Source: Eledone cirrhosa (lineage: Eukaryota). Taken from it: 64,000 nucleotides of DNA. The position numbers and the translations under genes were made by a program. The stretch is taken from contig OZ024743.1 in the NCBI GenBank assembly GCA_964016885.1, positions 151,342,001-151,406,000 of the forward strand, given 5' to 3'. A model generated the notes under the pieces. That model searched no databases. It had not been told where the DNA came from and saw nothing but the letters and a program-made list of their open reading frames with translations. This document shows positions 49,510 to 60,553 of this stretch, one piece after another. Every line of letters starts with the position of its first letter. Position 1 is the first letter of the stretch.

Positions 49510-52278
49510 CAGATGAGGCAGAAAAAAAGTTTGCACATGTTCTGCATTGTAAAGCTGAGAGGCATGAAATGTTCAAGATTGCAAGACAGTATGTGAGAGA
49601 AAATTGTGATGTGGTTGGGGAAAAGTGTGTCCGAAATGATAATGGAGCAGTTGCCCTGTCTGACGTTGAAAAGAATGGAAAGAAGGAGGCATGGAAGACT
49701 TACAATGAGAGGCTGTTAAATGAGGAAAACGAATAGGACAGTAAGAGCCTACCCCATGCTGGGGGACCAGCCATAAACGTTGACAACTATGATAGATAAA
49801 GCAATTCAGGACATGAAGGTTGGGAAAGCAGCCAAACCATCTAGTATAGTTGCTGAGATGCTAAAGGCATCTGGGATGGTAGGTTATGAGCTAGTCAGAT
49901 GCATAGTTAATCAAGTAGTACACAATAGTGTCATACCAAATGTCAGATGCAGCAGTATCATTGTAAATTGCAACAAAGCCACAGGAGATGCACTAGAGGG
50001 AAGTACTGAGGCATCAAATTGATTGACCAGGTCAAGAAACTTGCTGAAAGGGCTATAGCACAACTAATTAGGGAAAAAAAATCAAGTTAGATGAGATGCA
50101 GTGTAGATTTATGCCAGATAGGGGTATTACTGATGCCTTCTTTATGGTGAAACAACTACAGGAGAGGTACTTAGCTAAGAGTAAGCCACGGTATCTAGAA
50201 TTTGTAGATCTGGAGACGGACTATCAAACTGGTGAGCACTTAGGAAGCTAGGTGAATAGCTTGTGAGGGCTGTGCAGGCCGTGTAAACCAGCAGAGTGAG
50301 AGTCGGCAATGAATGCAGTGATGAATTTGAAATAGATGCGGAGGTTCACTCCTGTTCATCATTGTGCTTCACTGACTTGTTAAAACTAGCACACAATGGG
50401 AGCTCCTATATACTGATGACATAGTCCTCATAGCGAAATCGATAAGAGAGATAGAGGCTTGAAAGAACCTAGAGTTGAAAGGCTTAAAAATAAATTTAGC
50501 AAAGATGAAGGTCTTAATAAGTAGGAAAGAAGGACAGGAAGTTGATACCATCAGGAAAGGGACCTTATTCGATATGTCAGAAAGGGGTGAGCAGTAATTT
50601 TATAAGGATCACACAGTGTAATTTTTGGATGCACAAGTGATGTAGTGGGATTGCAGGCAGACTAACAGTAAAAATAGACTTTATATGTGGCAGATGCACA
50701 GAAGTTAGGACAAAGAGCACATGAAATAGATTCCTTCAGTTACTAGGGAGGCTCCCAAGAACTAGTCGACAGCTTATGTTACCTAGACAATCAAATTAGT
50801 AGTGGAGAAGGGTGTGCTGAAAGTGTGATAGTTAGGATAAGAACAGATTGGAAGAAGTTTAGAAATCTATTACCGCTACTAACAACAAAATGCTTTTCTC
50901 TCAGAGTGACAGGTAGACTACGATGTCTGTGTGCAAACTGCAATGCTACATGGCAGTAAAACATGGGCCTTCACTGCAAAAACCCTGCGGCGGCCAGAAA
51001 GAAATGCAACGAGTGTGCTCCAATAGATGTGTAATGTTAGTGTGCATGTGTTGCAGACCATAAGTGATCTAAGGGGAAAACTTGATTCAAGAAAAATTGG
51101 ATGTAGTGTGCAGTGCAAAATAAGTTTGCATTGGTATGGGGATATCATTTCTGATTTGATATGATTTCTGAATGGAGATATAATGCATATAGAAGATAGC
51201 AGCTGCATAAAGAAATGCAAAGAAACCCCAGTGGCTGGAACCCATGGAAGAGGCAGATCCAGGAAGGTATGGGATGAGTTTGTGAAGACCAACTTTAAAA
51301 AACTAACTCATAACAAAAATAACAAAGACTGCGAGGGCTGGCACTATGCTCTGCTGGTGAAGAGCCGACCAGCAGCATATAATGTAGCCTGAATTATCCC
51401 CATGTCCCCCTTCTACTAGCACTCCCTAAAGGCTATACTTACCATCACTACACCAGCCCACCACACACTGCTTAGCTGCTGCCTCCTCTAGACTCCCTTA
51501 CTATCGCACTCTAGTAGCCACTCTCTTCATTTATGCACCCTACCCATGACCCTTCCACTAGCACTCTCTAGCAGCTATCCTCACCATCACTACACACCTT
51601 CACTTCATCCATACTCCTACCTATATTCATCCTTTAGCTGCTGTCTTCCCTCCCACTAAAACCCTCAGATACCTTCACTATGGTATCCTAGCAGCAGCTC
51701 TCTGCACCCCACTCATGCCTCCTCTACTCTCAGGCCTTAGCTATTTTCTCCATCACAACACTTCCAGCGCTGGTGAGTTCCACTCCCACTACTTTGGTAT
51801 TCTTAGCACTGGTGCCATGATAAAATGCACAAATATCTGCTGTAAAGTGGTTGATATTAGGAAGGGCATCCAGCTATAGAAACTATGCCAAAATGGAACA
51901 TAGGATCAAGGTGTGGTGACCGGCTCTGTCTAGTCTCTGAATGTGATGACCCAAGAATGAAAAACAGATGGATGATGATATGCAGCATGAGGTCAGGTAT
52001 GATCACAGAAAAAGCAAAAGTGTCATGGTTGTGTTGCACAACAGAAAGCACTCGGTCCACACTGTACAGTGGTCGTTGTGGTGCCACGATAAAAGGCACC
52101 ACTCCACACTGTAAATGTGGTTGGCATTAGGAAGGATATCCAGCAGTAGAAACCAATTCAGAAACGGTTCTGTATGAGCAAGACACAGTTATCTTATCTG
52201 ACTTGACTTACAATAGGACAACCCATCTAACCCATGCTAATGTCGAAAATGGATGTTAAACGGTGATGATGATGGTGA
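49510..52278 (+). mobile_element. Older decayed RTE LINE with long 3' UTR
   Basis: FKIARQYVRENCDVVGEKCVRNDNG, KVGKAAKPSSIVAEMLKASG, WELLYTDD, a PHD remnant, RGRSRKVWDE; C-rich 3' UTR and (GAT)n end. Confidence 0.9.
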
Positions 52279-55074
52279 TATTTGAAAGAAGTTGGCTACT
52301 ATTTCTAGTAAGTTGGGCAACAATAGAGAGCTTCATTCATAGGTACATAACTCATTGTTAAATATTCATGCTACAATATTTAAAAATTAATTCAAATTAA
52401 GTATTGTAGTGTATGAAACCACACAAGTAAGACATTCTTGAAAGTACAAAACACTACTATGATTGCCCCTACATTGAAAATTAGTCTTTTAGTCTTTCTT
52501 TTAGTTTACTATAAATTTTCATAATGACGTGTCCACTGGTAAAGGCACTATAATCATCTGAATTAACAAACCCATTTCTAGATATTTTCTGCTAAATATT
52601 TATAGAGTTTGAAGACTTAAAATGTATTCCAACTCTTTTGTAAGCCTAAAATTATACTAATGAGTAATTAAAGCAATTAGTAAAAGGATCTTAGAGCAAT
52701 AGGATGATAGATTGAACAGGACAAAAACTAGGGCAAAGCTAAAATATAGGATAAAGGCAAAAGATAAAAAATACAAAGAAACATTTAGGGTTTGACAGGT
52801 GGATAAAAAGAATTAAAGGATTACTAGTAGGAAAAATTAACTTTCATTGTAATGACTGAGGTGTGATGAAAAAAAAAGAATATAAAAATTGAAAGGTCTG
52901 GCAATTCATTGTAAAAAGATTGGTATGGGCAAGAAGAATTATAATAAACATAAGTAGCTTTTAATCTGTGTAAAAGTAAAGCCGTAATTGTACAGGTAGT
53001 ATATAGTGTCTTCCTAACTTGACAGTAGTGTCATTGCATCCTAATAAAAGTTATTTATAAGATGAAATAAAGGATATAACTTGAAAACTAAGTTTATACA
53101 AATATTACTCATTGAATTACATTTATATTAAAATTTGTCTATTTACTTAAAAAAAACAATAAAATAGTGAGTATATGTTAGGCATATCAAAGTATTTCAT
53201 TAATAAAATGTAAGGGGAAAAAGAGTAAAATGGAAGATTTTTAAACATAATAATTGAATACTATGAATATAATATTTAAATATATACATTTCTTTATTTG
53301 TAACAAAAGGAGTTAAGGATTCTTTTATTTCAATTTCATTTAATTGTTTGCTGTCATTGCTAATTCTATCACTTTGGCTTGCATTTAATTGTTGATAACA
53401 TACTATTTATAATTCAGGGAAATATCCCACTTTAGTAATAGAAACAACAACAACATTTCCTGCTTTTTATTGGTATAGTGTAATATTCCCCTGAGTTAGT
53501 TTCATTATAAACAGTATAGTAATCACTTTAAATATTAACAGACTGGCGGTTTGCCATCATATATGATTGTACACAATTTACTAGTATTAACAAGAATGCA
53601 AGTTACTTTAATGGTTAGTGCTCATTATAGTGCTAAAATACTGAACTGATAGTATGTTGAATGTGTGTGTGTGTGAAAAGGTGGGGGGGGGGGGGCAATG
53701 CTTTGTGTCTTATCACTGGTGCTACACTATGCCCATAGCTATGTTGCTGAACTCTCAATAGCCCACTGCATATCAATAAATATTAGGTTTGATCATGGAA
53801 ACAGCAATGTACTGAATAATTAACTGATGAGCATTTTGATAGGTTGGAAAGATTAGCCCATATCTTCCCATGAGTGTAAACTGAAGAGAAATGAGTTGAA
53901 GCAGATTACATTTATTTGACATAGCCTAGATTTAAATAGAGAAGAAAAAAAATCTTTAACTGGTTACCCTATGACCTAACAGGTTTGAAACTTAATTTAA
54001 ATGTCCATTACACTTCTGTTGCTCTCCTTGTGGAGCACTAGAATGATAATTAGCTACAACATGCTGATTGGTAATGGAAATTATTGATTGGTAAATGTTG
54101 AATAAGCAACACTATTTCTTGGTTCTTCTATACAGTTAGATACAAATAACTTTCTACTAAGTCTATGCAAATAAGTCCTTTCTTGCAATTCAAATTAAGC
54201 TATATGATATGTTCATCAGAAATTCTAAGTAAATTATCTCAAAGAATTATATAGTACATGAAGATAGTCAGTAAGAGTTGACTGTCATGTCATTAATAAT
54301 TCCGATTAAAGCAATTTAATTTTGAGAATCCCAGCAAAGGAGCTATAAACTTGATATTGTAAAAAAAAAAAAAGACAAACATAAGCTGGTATCAGACAGA
54401 CTGACTATAGAAAGTGAATAATTTTGCATATACTTAAACAAAACTGAAGAAATGCTTACATTCTTCAACTAAATAAACCACTTTTAAAAATCTACTCTAT
54501 AAAACTATGTAGGCCAGTTGATGTGTATTTTCAGTGTAGAATAAGATGAAACACATACACACATATATATATATATAAACATTAAGATAAAAAAGTGCAT
54601 AAAAAAATCATGCTATTTGAAGTTAGAGTTAATAGCTTAATCAAATGCAAGTAATAGCCTATTTGGTGAAATGAATTCAAAGATTATTACAATTGCTTCT
54701 TATACCTCATTAGGAACAAATTTATCGCATCACATCAGCTTAAATGAGAAATGGTATCTGGATAACATAGAACAAATTAAACACACACCAGCTGTGGCTA
54801 AGGATCAATAAAAGGGCAGATAATGATTAGCAGAGAGGATATGCCAATTTGCATGGTTTATTCAAACCTAACTAAAGTTTTCTGAACTTACTATAGCTAT
54901 ACTGAATTATGACTTTTAATAGTCAATGACTACGAAGACAAACAAACAGATGCACATGCACACACACACACTGACAGGCACATATACAGATAACTGTTAA
55001 ATGTTACAATTTAAAAATAAAGGAGAGCCACAACTTAAGGCAATGTAATTGAGGAAATGGAGTATATATATTTG

Positions 55075-55303
55075 TTAAGCCTTTAGCATTTAAACCGGCC
55101 ATATCCGACCAGAATTTTCCTACCTCTTTCTGTTGAAAGCACCCATAACTGGCTGCTCATACTGATGTTAAGGTATTGTTCTCAAAATAAATAATATCAA
55201 AATCTCATAGATTCGATATTATGCGAGATAATTATGTAAGATAAAGCCTTTATCACAAAAATACAATAGTATACATAGAGTAATGTAAAGGCTAAAGGGT
55301 TAA
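55075..55303. mobile_element. piggyBac-like MITE, family A
   Basis: ttaagcctttagcattta ... taaaggctaaagggttaa. Confidence 0.8.
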
Positions 55304-55446
55304 ATAACGATTCTTATAAGACTAGTCCTGTTTCCTTCACTTTAGAATTTTTTAAAGTGTTTCTTCAATAAATTCTAAATTTAAAAAAAAAGGAGCCTAC
55401 TCATGTAACACAGTTTAAAACAATATATATGTATATATATATTGTG

Positions 55447-55565
55447 AAGGCGTGTGGCTGAGTGGTTAGAGAATTGGATTGGCAATCGTAAGGTTGTGAG
55501 TTCGATTCCTGGACAGGGCGATGCGTTATGTCCTTGAGCAAGACATTTTATTTCACGTTGCTCCT
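55447..55565 (+). mobile_element. 5' half of a tRNA-derived SINE
   Basis: A-box tggctgagtgg, B-box gagttcgattcc, then gtccttgagcaagacattttatttcacgttgctcc. Confidence 0.8.
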
Positions 55566-55786
55566 TCTACCTGGAGTTGCGACCGATAGATAGTATTAGC
55601 AATTGGAAAGACCAACGGAAACATTGTTTCGTCGGTCCGATTTGACAAAAGTCGATCGTTCCTTTATATATATATATATATATCTATACACACACACACA
55701 TACACAAATATATACACAAATAAATAAATGAATAAACACACATACTGTATAAAATTGTTTTTTACATCTACTTTTTGATGTCATGG

Positions 55787-55995
55787 ACCCTTTAGCATTT
55801 ACATTACTCTATATTTACTATTGTATTTTCATCTTACATAATTATCTCACATAATATCGAATCTACGAGATTTTGATATTTATTTTGAGAACAATACCTT
55901 AATATAGGTATGAGCAGCCGGTTATGGCCGATTTCACCAGAAAGAGGTGAGGGAATTCTGGCTGGATATGGCCAGTTTAAATGCTAAGGGGTTAA
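55787..55995. mobile_element. piggyBac-like MITE, family A (inverted relative to 55075)
   Basis: accctttagcatttacattactct ... taaatgctaaggggttaa. Confidence 0.8.
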
Positions 55996-56538
55996 GGCAG
56001 TATTCTAAAGCTGAATGCACTTTCAGATGCCCAACCATACTTTATTTTTTAAAATGGTACTTATTTCAGTGACCTTTGTTGAAATGGTGAGCTGTAAAAC
56101 AAACAAACAAGAGGTACTATGTCACATGTGAAGTGACGAGAAATAAAGAAATACACATGTGCATGAACATCAGGGTTCTTTACAGCTTCTTTCACATCAG
56201 ATGCATTTACAAGATTTTAGCTGGCTTGTGGCTATAGTAAAAGTGTGAGTGTGTGTATGTATGTGTATATATATATATATATATATGTGTGCCGACCCAC
56301 TTCAATACTGGATAGACATGCATGGCCACCAGCATATCACAATGATTGTATAACTGCACCTATGATTGCGTAAGCATCTGATGAAGTCACATGAGTGACC
56401 ATGTAACAGATATATATATATATATATGATAAATTTTAATTGTGTTTAGTCTTGAATAAAGTTTTAACGTTTTCCTAACTATATTTTAAATTTGTTTACA
56501 TTTTCGGAATCGAGATGTTTGGGCACATAGTTGGTAAA

Positions 56539-59500
56539 TCATCATCATCATCATATTAGTTTAACATCCATTTTCCACGCTAGCATGGGTTAGACGGGAG
56601 TTGTCTCACTTGAGGCAAGGCTGGTCGGGTGACCGTGTCTCGCTCGCATAGGACTATCTGGCAGGTTTTCTACGGCTGGATGCCCTTCCTAACACCAACC
56701 ACATTTACAGTGTGGAACTGGAAACTTTTTACCGTGTTACCTCCACGGCCACATTACAGAGTGGACTGTGTGTGTTTTTTTTTGTCGTGACACCTACACG
56801 ATCTCGATTTCATTTTCTCATGCTGTTGGTGGGAGTGGGAGGATAGGGTAGGGGTAGTGGATTGGGGTGTATATTTGGTTAAGAGGTGCCTACTGACCGT
56901 AGGTTTCGCTTTGTACATAGGCAAGGTGGGTCTTCTGTATTACTGTGTAGCGCCAAAGATCTCGGTCCAGTGACATTGTCTTAGATAGATGCAAGTGTGT
57001 AAGGTCGGAATTTATCACATCGTCCCAGGTTTCTCTGGGTCTACCTACTCTGTAACTACCATCAATTTTGATCGCCCTACACTTTTTTATACAGCTGTTG
57101 TCCTTCATGCGCATCACGTGGCCATACCAACGTAGTCTTCTCTCGAGTAAACATCATCTGGTCCCTCTTATTCCTAATTTCTCACTTAGTTCATTTATGC
57201 TTTGCCGTTCACGTATATTACTATTACACATCCAACAGAGCATGCATGCTTCGTTCCTTTCCAGTCTACGCAGGTCCTCTGCATGTAATGCCAATGTCTC
57301 ACTGCCATGTAGCATTTCTGTTCGTATACAGGCATCATACAGCCTGCCTTTCATTTTAAGAGAGAAACCTTTTGTGGCCAACAGCGGTATAAGCTCTCTG
57401 AACTTTTTCCATCCCGTTCTGACTCTGGCTACTGTACTTTCAGAACACCCTCCACCACTGCTGATTTCATCACCCAGGTAACGGAAAGTGTCTACTATTT
57501 CTATAGAAGCAATAGAAGGAGCTAGTATCCTTTGGGCACTTGCTACTTATTGCGCCTGAGCATTGGCCACATATAAAGTCTACGTTCTTAGATAGTTTAC
57601 CTGTGATCCCACTACATCTTTTATGTACCCATACTTTGCATTTGGGACATAAAATGGAATTTCTGCCTACTCTTTTCCTACACACTGAGCATGGCCATTT
57701 CCCTGAGGGCACCTGTGCCCTATTTTCCTTTCTACAAACTAGAACTTTAGTCTTAGACAAGTTAACTTTAAGGCCTTTTGATTTTAGGCCATGCATTCAT
57801 GTTTCGAATTTCTTCTCTAGTTCAGCCATTGATTCAGCTATGAGCGTTAGATCATCTGCGTATAGGAGTTCCCATGGGCAGCCGGTCTTGAACTCCTCTG
57901 TTATAGCCTGAAGGGCAATAATAAATAAGAGGGGGCTAAGGACAGAGACTTGATGAACGCCAACTTTTACACTAAATTCTTCACAATATTCATTGTTAAT
58001 TCTAACCTTACTGACTGTTTCAGTATACATAGCTTGTATAGCTCTCACAAGCCATTCATCTACACCTAGTTTTCTAAGAGCCCACCAGATAATGGAGCGG
58101 GGGACTCTGTCAAAAGCTTTCTCCAGGTCTATAAAAGCTAAGTAGAGGGGTTTACTTTTAGCTAGGTACTTCTCTTGTAGTTGTCGTACAAGGAAAAGAG
58201 CGCATGTGGTACTTTTACCTGACACAAACCCAAACTGCATTTCATCTAGATCAATTCGCTCTCTCATTAGTTGCGCTATAACTCTTTCTGTGACCTTCAT
58301 GACCTGGTCAACTAACTTAATGCCTCTATAGTTTCCCTATCTAGAGCACCCCCTTTACCCTTGTAGCAGTTAATGATGATGCTGCTACGCCAGTCTTTCG
58401 GTATGACCCCATTCTGTATTACTTGGTTAACTATACGAGTGACCATAGTGTGTCCCACCATACCAGATGCCTTCAACATCTCAGCAACTATCTCCAAAGG
58501 CCCAGCTGCCTTGCCTATCTTCATATCTTTGATTGCCTTACTTATTATACTACCTTTAACTTGCACTGCTGGTCCTTCTATTGGATCGATTTGGGGCAGA
58601 CTATCTTTTTCCCATTTATTCTCCTTATTTAATAGTCTCTCGTAGTGACACTTCCAAGCTATCTTCTTATCAGTATCAGTGAGCGCAAGTACACCATTAT
58701 CATTATGGACACACTTCTCCCCGACAATATCACGGTTTTCCTTGACACTTTGTCTAGCAATCCTGAACACCTCACGTTGTAGAACATGCTTGAACTTTCT
58801 ATCCTCTGCTACCCTTTTTGCAAGGCACACTTGTCTCCTAACTTCTCTCCTGGCCACTTGATAGTGCTCTCTACTTCCCCCATCCTGCCATACTTTCCAA
58901 GCCTGCTTTTTGGCTTTGATTGTCTCTTCCACCTTACTGTTCCGCCACCAAGTTACTCTCCTCCTGCCAATAGGTCTGCTCCAGCCATAGATTTCATCCG
59001 TTGCTTTCAGCAGGTTCACTTTCAAGAATTGCCACTGTTCCTCTATATTACACGTCTCTAATTGCTCTTCCTTATTGTCAAAGGCATCAAGTAATAAGCT
59101 TTTAAATTTGTAACTGGCTATGGGCTTCTTCAACTTCCATATTCTTCTCCTCAAGGAAGTCCTCCTCTGTCGTCGAGTACGTCTATTCCTGACTATGAGG
59201 TCACTAACTACTAGGCTATGTTAGGAGGTGCATTCTTCACGGGGGAGGGATTTAGTGTTTACAACAGACATTTTGTCCTGTCTTCTAGTAAGGATATCAT
59301 CTATCTGGCTGGCGTGTTCCCCTGATCTATAGGTGATCAAGTGGTTTTCATGTTTTTTGAAGTTTGTGTTACAGATAGTTAGGCTATTTGCATCACAGAA
59401 TTCCAGGATTCTGAAGCCCTCCTCATTTCTATTTCTAACCCCATAACCTCCATGGATTCCATCATAGCCATCACTATGTTGTCCAACGTGACCGTTTAGA

Positions 59501-59707
59501 TCGCCAGCAATAATTAAGTAGTCACTGTCGGTTATTTGGGAGGTAGTGTGCATTAGCATCTCATAGAACCTGTCCTTTATAACATCAGGTAGACCAGATT
59601 AGGGTGCATAAGCGGATATTATTGTCACAGTAGTTCTATTTAGAACTAGTCTTAATTCACTTATTCTGTCATTCACTCTATTTATGTCAATTACCTTATC
59701 TACCCAT
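56539..59707 (-). mobile_element. RTE LINE subfamily A, 5'-truncated within the APE domain, pseudogenised
   Basis: Collinear ORF pieces: IIAGDLNGHVG (APE), DLEKAFDRVP, LLYADDL, PHD and LHGSET; stops at 59221 and 57797, frameshifts near 58335 and 57508; (GAT)n tail. Confidence 0.97.
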
Positions 59708-60553
59708 TGTACAATCTACCCAGAAATTGTACAATGTTCAATGAGATTGTACAATGTTCAATGAGATCCCAGAACTGCAGGACTGATGTATCTTAAAGGG
59801 CTAGAGGGGAAATATTTTGCATACCAAAAAGTTATGCATTAGTATGTTTCCTGGAAATTTAAGGATACATCCAGTATTGAGTCATCACCAGTACATCATG
59901 TCACTTGACAAAGTTTATGCTTCTACCATCTAAGAGCAACACACACACACACACACACACACAAATACATGTTAAATAAAAGAGATAGCAAAACCTTTAA
60001 ACTCTGAAGATGTGACTGCAAATATCATGTTGAATAGCAGCAGCAAACATTACATATGATCAGCAGCTGCCCAACAAGGTCATCAAGGTATTAGCTTTCT
60101 ATGCCACATAATATTGTTGCCAAAATATACAAAGCCATTTATTTGGCGCACTTTTCTAAGACCTAGATTTTTTTTGTATTGTTATTCTTATAACCAAATT
60201 TATACATCGTTTTCATAACTTTATCATTTGTTACTTTATCTTTTGATCACAAAAACACTCAACCTTAATGTATTTCTTCTGATCTTCACTACTTGAGACA
60301 TATAGCCTTGGAAACATCTTTTTATCATTAGTGAACTTCTGGCAACAAACTAGGCACATAAGCTGAATAATAATATACTGAGTTATACTTTTATTGTTAT
60401 TTGTTTGTATTTCATTATTTTATCTTTATCTTTTCTAATGCTAACTATTTTACTGTTGTTTTCTTTTAGCATATTAAATACTATATATTTATATCTGTCC
60501 TCTGTGTGTTTGTGTCTCTGCATGTTGATATTATACATTAAATCTATTTATCA

